A DNA stretch of 64,000 bases from Camelus ferus (Eukaryota): positions 11,968,001 to 12,032,000 of the forward strand of contig NC_045696.1 of NCBI RefSeq assembly GCF_009834535.1, read 5' to 3'. This document shows, in pieces, positions 49,807 to 61,900 of this stretch. The notes below the pieces were generated by a model that was given only the letters and a program-made list of their open reading frames with translations, made no database searches and was not told the DNA's origin. Each line of letters begins with the position of its first letter. The first letter of the stretch is position 1. Position numbers and translations under genes: made by a program.

Positions 49807-52800
49807 AGAATTGTGTTTTACCATGAAGAGCTGGTAGTCTTAAATGTATAACCCAAAACAATTTGAATCGATTTGCAAATACAAAGTTGAGGTCGTTTTA
49901 AAAGATTTTTTTCATTTTAAAATGAGGAGAGAGTAAAAGGAGCATTTTTCAGCACCCAGAGGTTGGCTGGGGAAGCACTGTTCTGTCACTGTTTTATGAC
50001 TGTGCCTCAGTCTCTTCTCTTTGAGAAGATGAGGCCTTAGACGTAAAGAATCACCCCATTTTGAAAATCCTTGGGAGGAAGTTCTTTAAAATTTTTGTAA
50101 AAATTATTTTATTTGACTTTAATGTGGAAGATTCTTTGTTGCCCTGAAATTTGATTAACATCCTATCTTCCTACCTAAGCACATACCAAGACCGAGGTCC
50201 CTAATGTCTTGCGAGCAGTGGTCTTAGCCGGGGCCCTGTTACAGCTTCGCCTTTTGTGTAGGGCAGCTGTGGTTTTCAGCCATCATGCTTGCTCATTGAC
50301 TTCTGGTTATTCAGTTAAGTTGCTGATCAGATATTCACACGTCTGTACAAGCTTAACATCTCTAGCTTCTCTTCCTTCCTCTCCATTCTTAGTATCTGGA
50401 TTGCCCAATTCTCTCTTTAACCGTTTCCTTCTAGAGACTTTCGCCATCCTGTACACACCTTCTGCAAGTACCAGAGCGGCAGGAACAGAACAAAGGAGGA
50501 AGTGGCAGGTCCCCAGGGGAGGTCATTATTTCTGATGGCCCTTCAGCCTCAGAGCGTGAGGGACCCGTAGAGTGGATTTGGTGCGCCCCAGCCTGCTGGC
50601 CTCTCCAGAGGGGCTTGTGACTGCTCCTCTGTCCTCTGACGAAGGCAGCCCCAGACCTCGTCGCTGGCAGGCAGAGCTGCCACACCGGCCACCTGCACGG
50701 ATGGCCTCACCCCAGGGAAGCTCTTCCCAGATTCACAGGTGGCCTCCCACTGTTTGTGGGAAAGGCAGCTCCGGGCCAGAGAGCGGTGTCTTGTGTGGTG
50801 GTGAGGGAAAGAAGTCGCCGGGGTGACCAAGTCCTGCTCTGTTTCCTGATGAAGAACGGGGACTCCTTGACATCCTGACTGTGTTTTGGGCTGGAAGACT
50901 TCCCTCTCGGCTGCACGGTGAGAGAGCAGGTGAAGGGGGAGGCCAGGTGTCGGGGTTGCAGACCGTCATGGAGATTGCAGGTGTGGTTACATACTTGCAG
51001 GTCACTTGGGCGAGCCTGGAGAAGGTCTTGGAGGCGGGAGGCAGCTCCTGAGTGTGAGGGGCCCTTTTCTTGACAGCTTACCGAAGGCCAAGGCCATGTC
51101 CTTCAGCATGGAGACGCCCCTGTCTCCATTCAAGGCTCAACCTCAGACTTGGAAAGCCGGGGGGAATTAAAACCAAATTCCCTTCCTTGAGTTCAGTCGT
51201 GGACAGTGAGAGAGCGGCTGCCCCACCCACTGTGCGTGGTGTCTCAGGAGGCGAGGCTCCTCCTGTGCCCGGTGAGGGGAGGGGAGTCCCATCTGCCGAA
51301 GGGAAGAGGCTGGGTGGCTCCATTCTGGTAAGACGCTGTTCGGTAACATGACTTAATGTGGACATCTCTTCTAAACTAATGCACTGATAGATTTTCTGGA
51401 GGATTCTTCTGAAGTACAGTTTGAAGACTAGACACACTCTTATGTTGCACGGGGGCTAAGGAAGCAGTTTCACCGGAGTGCCATCCCCTCCCCCGTCCTC
51501 TGCGTGCGCCTCCATAACCCAGTTCTCTCACTGGGAACCCGCGTTAAGCCACAACGTGGTGAAGTCATGAAGGACAGACTTCAGCATCAGACGTAGTCGG
51601 CTCCATTCCATTTTCTTTTGGAATCTAATGTTCCATTCTCTCTTACAATGACTCAGACTTGAACTTGAGAATTTAGGAGCCAGGAGCCCGGAGTTGAGCA
51701 CTCACGCCGTGTGGTCACTCATCTTGGAATGCTGGGTGGAATTCTCAAGTGTTCAGTAGCTTCGTGGCTTCTTAGGAGGAATGATGCTGCTTAGAATTTT
51801 GAAACACTACGTGATTCTCATGGTCTGTTCTGAAAAAAAACCCCTACTAAATCCATTTCAGCACATTGGGGCTTCGTTGGAGCCCTTGTAGAGCCAGGCT
51901 GTGGGGGTGTTTGGGAGACCTGACGGCCAGCTGTGTAATGCAGCCCTTTGGGGCTGGTGGCTTCCAAACTCCCTTGGATGAAGCTGAGAGGGAGCTTTGT
52001 AGCGGGTGATGCAATGTTGGAGTTGTGCGCTTTGGTGTTTGCCAGTGTCCGAGTGTGGTTTCAGGACAATAAATACGAAGAACCTTGGGAAACTTAAAGA
52101 GTAGTATTTTGGCCTAAAGCCACTAACATGATGCCAGCCAGTTAGTAAGCATCCCAGAATGGTAGATCTCCCTGAGTTGGGGGTGGAACACGTCACTTCA
52201 CTCTGAAGTGCACTGACTTGGCGCCTACGAAACACAGTACTGTCTGTCCCAGCTGAACCTGTTGGCTAAGTATTGCCAAAGATTCACTGTTCTAAAATTA
52301 AAGTTATCATTTTAGTAGAAATTTCTCAACTTATTTTGCTGGCTCAAAAATATCGATTCCATGAGCATGTTTCCCCCCTTAGTTACCTCAGGATGCATTT
52401 GGATATGCTAAGAAGTTGCATTGCTCAAAAGTAGGGCAGCCTTTGGATACGGGAACTTTTAGGAATTTTATTTGGCTGATTTGGGTGTCTATTTTTACTG
52501 GCCTTAAAAACACAGTTGGGTGAAAGCCATTTCATCCGTGTTTTGTGGAGTAGGACTTTGGAAGCCCTGGAACACTCATCCATCTGTGTGGAGGGCTCTG
52601 TTTTTCACGGAGCATCCTGGTCCTGCCCCGGAACCTCGGTGGTCCTGTGGTTCACCTGCGGGGGCGGGTGAGCACCTCTTCTCTGTGCAGGGGCCCTTGT
52701 CACAGTCTGCTTTTACACAAACCAGACAAGCTCACTCCTGGTGGAACCGTTCCTTTGTGCCAGATAAGGTATTGTGACCCAGCTACACTTGGGCACTGAG

Positions 52801-54549
52801 CCAGAGAGCTCCCTCTTACCCAAGCTCACCAACCCCCCAACCAAGTGGTGACCCAGCACTCTGTGGAGAGCAAACAAATATGAAGGGAGATTTTCCTGGA
52901 GGGTATGCAGCCTCTCTGTTCTTCAGCAGAATCGTACCACCTCAGACCTTCTGTCCCCAAGTTGTGATTTTTAAAAAATAAATGATCGAGGCAAGAAACA
53001 TCCATGTGAAATTTGTCACTGAGCCCATGTGAAAGGATGTGGTCACAACATTGCTCACTGCATCACAGTGGCCTCAAAGGACCACTAGTGGAAGTTCCTA
53101 TCTGATCGTAGTACCGAGGACATTTGTCCTTCTGAGCAATGGATTAAGACATTTGAATTTTACAGCTGCTCCAGTTCCCTTATTTGAATTGGCTGTTACA
53201 AAAGCTTACTGTCAAACTGAGCCAGCTGGGCAGATTGACAGGCTCTGTATTGTTGCTCCGCCTTCACTTTGTCTTAACCTTTGGGTTCCTTTTATTTTTC
53301 CAATAATAATTACTTCTATTCTATTTTAGATTGTGTGTCTTTGGAAACCACTCCCGTGTCCTTTCTTGAATAAAACAATGGTTAAAAACATAAATAAAGA
53401 AAATGACTGAAGAATTTTCTTTAACCTTAATTTCTGAACCATTTACAAATTTCCAATGTCCTAGATTCTCCCATGCATCCATCGACCCATCCATCCATCC
53501 TTCCATGCAATGCTGATTTTTGGACTAAGTGTGAATACTAAAATCTAAATTCTGTTGGTGTTCATTGCGTATAGAAAATGTTTAGGGTTTCTGACTTGTT
53601 CAGGATTTTGATCTAACGCTACTACTACTCTCACCCTGCCCCCTTTAAAGTTCAGGGTAAGGGAACTTTTCTGATTCTCATTAATTCACTAATTATGAAA
53701 CACTTTTGGGCACTAAATTATGATGAACAGAATGGACGTGCTTCTGTCGTCTTGTATGGTTTATATTGTTTCGTGTTGATTTTACAACTTCCGTCTTCTG
53801 ACAGCCTTTCAGGTAGGTGTGAAGTCGAGTAGATAGTATCACATCTTTATTTTTTCTAAGTTTCAGAATGGGTAGCTTACGTCTCTGTACACTTTGATTA
53901 CTTGAACTTTCAAGCACTTAAAAGTGACAGGATTCCCGTTGTGAATGTTTTTTGAAGGTGAAAAAGAAAGTTCTGGTGTGGCAGGCTTTTCAGGAAGAGC
54001 CATGGATTAGCTGCTGTGGACACAGTATTTCTGACAGTTGTTATGTTTTCATTTGGCATCAGACTGTCGGGTTGGAGTGACGGGATTTCTGGGTTCTGTC
54101 TATTTTTGAGGTATTTGAAGTCTGGGACTAGTTGTAGTAATTCCTTCCCCAATGCCCGCAGCACACACGCTTCCCTGTGAGAACTGGTTATTTGACATCT
54201 GATGCAGAAATTGACTATATGAGCTGAGATGAATCAGAGTGAGACTGAAAAACTTGGCACATTTTTCATTCATTTCACCCGGGGTCATCTTAATGTGATA
54301 CACGCAGCCCAACTGGTCCTGCCAGATTTCGTCAGCATGGTTTGTGTGTGTGCGTGAGCTGTGGCAGACTGGCTCGATCACATCTTCCAGGTGGATTAAT
54401 TAATCGCCTATTGGTGTTCCACGATTCATTTAAGGTGACCAGTTTCATCCAACTTAGAACATAGACCCAGTTTCAGTGGGTACCATGTTTTAAAGAAGCT
54501 CCCATTAACAGTGGCCTTTCTGGAGCATGTGCCTTATGGTTTACAAATG

Positions 54550-54800
54550 TTGAATAATAATGGAAATAATTGCTAGACTTTAATTGAGAAGTGACCAAGG
54601 TGTAGGCATGAAGCTAAGCATGTAACATAGATGGTCTCATTTCATGCTCATATCAACCGAATGGTTTAGGAATTCTTATCTCCTAGGGGTACAGTGGTAT
54701 TCAGAGTTTGCCTCAAATCATCCTGCAGATAAGTGGCAAAGATGAGATTTGACCTGGTTACGTGCAGTGGGACTCCAGGCTCGAACTCCCAACACCGAGT
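54550..54800 (-). mobile_element. Degenerate MIR
   Basis: 'aataataatggaaataattgctag…gtctcatttcatgctc…gataagtggcaaagatgagatttga' follows MIR in reverse. Confidence 0.55.
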
Positions 54801-56509
54801 TTGGTGCTTAGCTGCCTCCCGTTGAAACTGAAGTCTTTGCAGCTCTTGAAGAAACCCTGGAGTCCTGGTGGTTCTTGGGTTGCCATGACATCTGCTCACA
54901 AGTCCGTGGTGGAGTTAACCCACCCTCTATGAGCGCTTGATGCATGGAGAGTACTTGACGGCACGTTGCAACCGTAGGGTATTTGCTGATTGCAAAAGAA
55001 GTGTGGGTCTCCATCATGGGTCAGTTCCATAGGCAGGGTCACAGATAAAAAAAATTTTTCCGCCAAAATCAGAAAAAAATTATACCAAATAGACTGGATT
55101 TTGTTTTCCTGCATGTTTTATAAATAATGCCCTGTAACTTTCACCTCCGTCCCCATATAGTTTCTCTGCTCAGGGATTAGAAGAATATAATAGAGGAAAC
55201 TTTTAATTCTGGTAGATAGAAGATGTACTGTTTTTTTAAGTATAAAAAATGCATTATCAGCCTCCGTTGTGCAGGTGGAGGGCAGCCGCCTGCAGGACCG
55301 GATTGCCAGCAAGAATCCGGCCTTGCAAATTATTGGCAGCTGGCATGGTAATGAGTCCATTTCAATATAAATGGGCTGTTGCTTATTAATTTCTGCCAGT
55401 TCCTAAGCAATTCAGGGACTGCTTTGGAAATTTGAAAATCTGCAGAGAGCAGCTTAAGGAGGATGTCTGGGAAAAGAGAGGGATCGGGGTAGCAGTGGGG
55501 GAATAATGGAAAGGACACGTATTGGAGGATAGTCATGGGGTATTGCTGAGAACTCGTGCTCCTCCCCTGGCCAGCCTGAGTCACCAAGTTCACAGTTAAA
55601 GGGCACGTTTTCCAAGACAGGGAGAAGTGTAACTTGGCTTATTGTGCTGTTCCCTCTGGATGTATATATTCATTTATTTACCGCCCTGATGTGGTCGCCT
55701 TCCACAACATAGGCAGTTTTCTCCGTGGTCCTGCTCAAAGTGCTTGTCATCCTGGGTTCCCACCCTGCTGAGCCGACCAGCTCTAGGGGGCAGCCGTGGG
55801 CAGCGCACAGAGGGATGACCAGCAGGAGAGGAGGGAGGGACAGCCACCCCAAGGAAGCCTCAGGTCTCTCTCCTTTCTGCTATCTCACCTTAGAAGGCAG
55901 CCGTAAAAAAAAAAAAAAAGAGAGAGAGAGAGAGACCATTAATAGTTCTTGTCCGGGGAGCTGTCCTTGTCAATTTATTTTCCGTGTTAAATAACAGTCT
56001 GGATGTTTTACCTGCATTCTTTCCTAGGCTCATTCTGCAAGAGTTTCCTCTTATTTTACAAATGTGTATGTGATGACAAGGTCTGTGTATTTGATTTGGG
56101 CTCTTGTTTCACTGTCTTTTAGAATTTTCTTCAACTTCTGTGATAAAGAGAATAGCCGAGGCTCCCTTGTTTCCTTTCATTCATCTCCGTTTGTTGAGAC
56201 TTGGTAAAGATTAAGACGGAACCATGACATCATGCCACAGTAACCGGTTTCTGTTTTCCAATAACTTCATCTATAGAGATAGGTTAAAATGATAAAATAA
56301 CTTGCCATAAATGTAAATATGTTTTTATTGATATATTTTATTATGCCTGTCATTTTATACCTATAGCTAAATGCTACATTGTTTGATTTGGGGTGTGATA
56401 TTACACACAAAATGGATGTTGGAGAACTGATGAAAATGGGCTTGACAGAAGAAATCCTATTTCCTGGGTTCTGGCTGACCATTTTTTTCTCCTTTTCTGT
56501 CCTCTCCAG

Positions 56510-56687
56510 ATTTCTGGTGCATTTTTATAGACTCAGATGAGACTGTGAACGCCATGCCGAGGGGCAGGTGCTGACGCGTTTCCCAGCCCGGGTCACTGTT
56601 CATCCTGACACCCTTTCCAATCTCAGTATCTAAATGCCACAGTGCTCTTGGGGCAAGTTGGGCTGGGAACCATTGTTGCCTTGTAAG
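56510..56687 (+). other. Candidate 178-nt cassette exon (5' UTR-type or poison exon)
   Basis: Branch point gctgac (~56474-56479), long pyrimidine tract, CCAG| acceptor and AAG|GTAAGT donor; stops in all three frames from the acceptor. Confidence 0.6.
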
Positions 56688-59049
56688 GTAAGTTGCGTAT
56701 GTGTATCTGAGCCTGTATGTATCCCCTTGAATTAATGGTATTGCTTCAGAGATGATGAGACAGATACATTTTAGTATAATTGGAACTGCTGTGTTGTAGG
56801 TAGCTTGTGGGAAAAAGAATTTGGAGATACTTTTTTGGATTAAGGTTACACCCATCTAACAATTCAAAAGTGTTAGCATTAAAACAAAACAAAAAGAAAA
56901 GAAAAAGAAAAAGCAGGTACTTATCTTTCTCCCCTGTGAATTGCCCTCAGGATCTTTTAAATTTATTCCTGAGCTTTACCATCTTTATATGGGATTATGT
57001 TTGAGAAAGGCAAACCTAGCTTCAAAATCTGACTTTAAAAGGATGCTATATTTTATTTCTGGTTTGGATGATCCTTAAAAAGCAAAATAAATACAGTCAA
57101 CATAATGATCCTTCTAAATCAAAGATCATCTTTTATTTGTTGCAAAACTTTCCTGTTTAGTCTCCTGTGTTAGGGGTATTTGTGTGCAACTTGGCAAAAT
57201 GCTGCTCATGGGTTTGTAAAGATTTAGTGAAAAGTTTCAGAACTTTGTCTCAGTTTAATCTTAGCTCTCCAACCCCCCCCCCAACCCTGTCTTCAGGCTC
57301 AGCCTCCAGTAGGGAAAAAAACAGGCTTGAAACCAAGACCTCCCACTAGAATCTAATTTTAAATTTGCAATCTGTTGTCTTGTGATTTTTGCTTCAAATT
57401 TAACTTTGAAATAAATACATTTCATCCTTTCTCCTGCAGTTTTGGAGGTCTGTTTTCAAGTCATAGAAGGGTAATCATTATGTTTATTTTAATAAGTTTT
57501 TAAATACCTCGGAGGGGGGTGAAAAATTTTATTATTGATATTATAATCCATATGTGTCATGAAATGCCTTATGCTTGGATTTCACGATGCCCTTCCCAAC
57601 AACAGAGAAACCTGGCTTTCATAGTTAACTTTTGACTTCACTATGATGTGAGTTGGGTCTTCTTGTGCCCACTAATGGGCTCTAATGTTTTATGGTTTTG
57701 AAATACCCTCGTTCTAAGGCAGTCTGAGTGATGGGCAGTCCCGCTGAGAAGAGCTGCACTAAAACTGCAGTTTATTTAGATGGCCAGTTTACTAACGAGT
57801 AAAGTGTGGTCCCTGCCACTGGTTGATTATTAGAAGATGGGAAAAGAGGGTCTACACAAAGCAAGACAAGTGTGTCAGTGTACAGGTAACTGTGCCACAG
57901 TCATAGCGAGGAGGGCCAGCGCCGGGCCAGTGGGACGGAGGGAAAGAGTGATTCCATCCAAGCCGGGTAATATTTTCTTTATCTTAGGTCTTTCTCCCCG
58001 GCCATCTGTTTTAAGTTTGGGTTTGGTGCTGTCTTGTTGTAGCTGTCAGCACAGTGCCCACATCCTCACTCTCTTCAATTACCCAGGAAACCTAGGGACT
58101 TAAAACATTTTTTTTTCTTTCCTGAAAATGAATTACAGGTTTAGTGTAGTGACTTTAGAAAACATGAAAAAACAAAGTATAATTTGGAAAATTAAAATTA
58201 CCCATAATCACTCTATCTAGAATAGTAACTTTTAAAATTTTTACACAGGTCTTTATTCTCTCTCTTTTAGTGTGTATGTGTAAAAGAGAGAAAGTGAATT
58301 ATTATTAATATTCTTAAATTTTGAATTTCCTCAAAGCCAGTGTCTTGAATGGGCATCTCAAACATAAGTTTTGAGAATAAGAAGAGTTTTGTTCCAGAGG
58401 TGTTTGAGCTGAGTTGTAGAATGATCTTTTTGATTATCTACTCCTGGACAGGGCAAGCCCTGGCAGGCTGACCCACAAGGCTGGGCTTTGATCATGTGAA
58501 GCTTTCCTGTTCTTCAGCTGAAGGGTGGGGCATTCTGCCGACTGTTTGGAGTACTGCTTGAAATTCTGGTCTCCTCTAGGGAATTAGACATCCTATACCA
58601 TAAAAATATTTTAAACTCCATAGTCCTCAAGGTGATGAGGTTATTTCCAGTTCCCCTTTATTTTCTTTCTCTCCCCTGTTCCCCTCTGAACAATCTGTAG
58701 TTATAGGAGTTGTTGGTTTTTGTTTTTGTTTGTTTGTTTGTTTGTTTGTTTTGTTCTCTCTGCCCAGAGACTTTGACCATGGGTGTCTTTCCACTAACTG
58801 GAATGCTTTCTCATGTAGTACTGAGAAAATCTACCATCAGCATGGTTGAAAAATGCAACTTACATGTTATAGCTTGTATCATACAGGCTTTACCTTTTTA
58901 ATTTGTGTTCTGTTTCTCCACTCATGTATAATAATTGATGTTTACAATGACCTTGCATAGACATTGCAAGCAGTTCAATTTTTCATTTATTTCAAGAGTG
59001 TTGACCATCACTCAGAGTGCACGGATATAATAGCTGCTTTAGAAGTCTT

Positions 59050-59880
59050 CATTTGATAATTCCCATGAATTATCATCTGGGTCGCCTTGGGGTGGGCATC
59101 TTTGATCGTCTTTTCCTTTGAGAGCTGGTTAGATTTTCCTGGTTCTTTGGAATGCACTGCAGACATTTTGAATATTATGTTGAGAGACTCTAGATCCTGT
59201 TGAAATCATCTGGAAAATGCTGGATTTTCTTTTTTAAAGTCTTAGCAAGCGATCAACCTGGCAGGTTCAGATTGCAAGTGGTGTTGGACATCCTGTGGGT
59301 GGTGGTTTTCAAGTCAGTTCAGTTTTCAAAGCCTTTGCTCCCCTGCTGTGGGTTTGTCCCGCACATGTGGCACCTGAGGGTCAGACCAGGAGATGGGCTG
59401 TAGTTTATAGAATAATTCAGTTCTCTCTGTCTTGCTTTGGGTCCGTCCTACGCATGTGCCTGGAACTTGTGGAGATTTATACAGAGCATCAGGTGATTTG
59501 TTGCTTCCAGTTCTCTTTTCTCTGAGATCCCCCTCACTCTGGCTTGTGGGGGTCATGCTTCTTGGTCTCTCTGGCCAGAATGACAGGGTGTGTCTTGGGA
59601 GTTTTTCCTGCCTATGCCACAGCTGCCCTGTGTGCTCTTCCTCTGTGCAAGGCTGGAAGATAAATTGGAATAAGAGAAGCAAAAACGGGGAACTCACTCT
59701 TGTTAGAATGGCTTCTTCCAGCTTTGACTCCCACCCCCGACCCACCTGCTTTTGCTTACTCTTAGGAATCCCTAGGCAGTTGCTTTTCACTTTGGTCCAG
59801 AGTTTTTATTATTTATTTGTGGGGGAAAGATCGGCCATGGTGCCTTACTCCATCTTGGCTGGCACCAGACACTAGCATTT
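59050..59880 (-). mobile_element. Possible ancient L1M 5'-region relic
   Basis: 'gattttcctggttcttt…cagacattttgaatattatgttgagagactctagatcctgt' resembles antisense old L1M 5' ends; weak recognition. Confidence 0.4.
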
Positions 59881-59915
59881 CTGTTTTGTTCACTATTTTA
59901 TTAAGACAGAAGCCC

Positions 59916-60003
59916 CTATATATGTTCATATATGACTGAAAAATTGTGCTGTACACCAGAATTTGACACAACATTGTAAACTGACTATAACAAACAAAAA
60001 AAG
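59916..60003 (+). mobile_element. 88-bp young L1 3' end with perfect 13-bp TSD
   Basis: TSD aagacagaagccc at 59903-59915 and 60004-60016; TT|AAGA target typical of L1 endonuclease. Confidence 0.9.
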
Positions 60004-60199
60004 AAGACAGAAGCCCTACCGCTGGTTAATCAGCCCTACTTTCCTATTTAATCTCACTTTCGACTGTTGTTTTGTGTTTGCTTTGTATTTCCTGATAATA
60101 TTATGCTGAGTAATGCCCAATGCCTGCTTAATTTTTGTTGCCTAATTTGTTGAAAAAGAAGATTAAAAAACCATTTAATTTTGAAGAATTTTCACTTTT

Positions 60200-60352
60200 A
60201 TTTATTTTATGAAAGAACTGCATTTTATCTTTATTTAAAAATTTTTTTTATTAAAAAACATTTTTTGTTTAATGGAGGTGCTGGGGATTGAACCCATGAC
60301 ATCGTACATCTTAAGCATGCGCTCTACCACTGAGCTATACCCTCCCGCCCCA
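60200..60352 (-). mobile_element. tRNA-Ala-derived camelid-type SINE with TSD
   Basis: Minus strand gggtatagctcagtggtagagcgcatgcttaag…gggttcaatccccagcacctcca + A-rich tail; TSD gaagaat(t/c)ttcactttt at 60183-60199 and 60353-60369. Confidence 0.88.
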
Positions 60353-61453
60353 GAAGAATCTTCACTTTTAAACAAAAAGTTCATTTAACCAGAATATTCC
60401 AGTTAGTTAAGACCTTATTTTAACGTTCCATTTCTAAATAATTATACATTCACAAGAAATCATACACGATAAAGCAGATCCTTCACCCAGTTTCCCTTAA
60501 TAGTTGCATCGTACATAATTGCAGTAAACTACCAAAGCCAGGAGTTTGACCCTTTTCCAATGTGTGTGAATAGTTCTACATCTTTTTATCACATAAGGCT
60601 CAGTAGGCAATCAGTCTGTAAAATCAGCCCCTGAGGAAGGACCGCCTCCCTGATGTATGTGTGAACCACCCAAATGACTGTACTTATCCATAGGTTTCCT
60701 TAAGATCTCTTTTAACTCTTTCACTGTGTATTTAACTTGATGGAATTTAAAGGAGGTTACTATGATTACTATAATCATATATATAATTTAACTCATCACT
60801 TAAAGAGAAAGGCCATGGTGTTGGGAAGAATGGGAAAGTCACACCCTCTCTGGTGTCCTTGGTCTCTGGCCCTGAGGATCTCTTGATTTTCTGACCCCTT
60901 ACTGCTTTCAGATGACCCCCTGCCCATCATGCCATGTCTCCTTGTCCCCATCTTCTCTGGGTCGTCTTTGGCTCAGCATCTCTGCAGTGTCTACCCTGAC
61001 AAGTAGGGGTACCTCCTCAACTCTGAACCCCTTTCCTAAGCTTCTGCAGGAATAGCTCCAAAAAAGAGGAGGAGAGTGGGAACTGAGGGCAGGAATTAAG
61101 CGGAATGAGACAGGAGGAGGGCCTTACTTCTCTGCCCAGGTATTTAGGGGTGGGGAGTACAGTGGAGCAGGGCAAGCCAAACCCCTCAACTCAGTTCATG
61201 CATCAGGGAAATCCCAAACCCAGTGGTCTGGAATGAGGCTCCCTGCACAGCTCTGCAGATTGCAGGGCCCAGGGAGCACCAGTGGGCAGACTGGAAACCA
61301 GTATGTTTTCCAGACACTCTGAAGTAGAAGAGTTGGCATATTTAAGACCAATGTGCATTTTTGCTAGTTCACATTGGGCTAACGTTCTCGCCTGCTTTCT
61401 TATTGTAGTTGTATGAGGTTGAGTTTTTGCAGTCTAGATTAAAGTTTATTTTG

Positions 61454-61900
61454 TCATTCATTCATTCATTCAGTCTTTTTCTCCTGAGTACCTACTCCCT
61501 TTCAGGCGATGTTCTGGATGCTGAGGGTAAAATGCAGCAAAAAACAAGACAAGCAGAACTTTCAGCCCTCCTGAAGCTTAGGTTTGGTTGGGGAAGGATA
61601 GAGAATAGAAAAGATGAATAAGTGAAGTATATTGTTTGTTACAATTGTGATAAATGCTAAGGAAGAGGGGAGGAAAAACAAAGAAGAGGGATAAGACATG
61701 AGTTTGGGAGGGGAGGGTTGTCATTTTGGATAGACATTCCAGGAAAGGCCTCGCTGGAAAAGTGACATTTGAGTTAAGATCTCAACAAACTGGAAAGAGT
61801 GAGCCAGGTAGATGCCTGAAGGCAGGAGGGTGGCAGGCAGAGGCCAGAGCATGATCAAAGGCCCTGAGGCAGGCCAGGAAGCCAGAACTGAGATCATTGG
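61454..61900 (-). mobile_element. L2 LINE 3' end
   Basis: (TCAT)n terminus 'tcattcattcattcattca…ctgagtacctact' followed by L2 body 'agtgacatttgagttaagatct…aaaggccctgaggcagg'. Confidence 0.8.

Noticed and set aside
53720..53801. C/D box snoRNA (ATGATGA … CTGA, ~82 nt apart)
   Set aside because: No terminal stem and no convincing long rRNA/snRNA complementarity that I can recognise; such boxes occur by chance.
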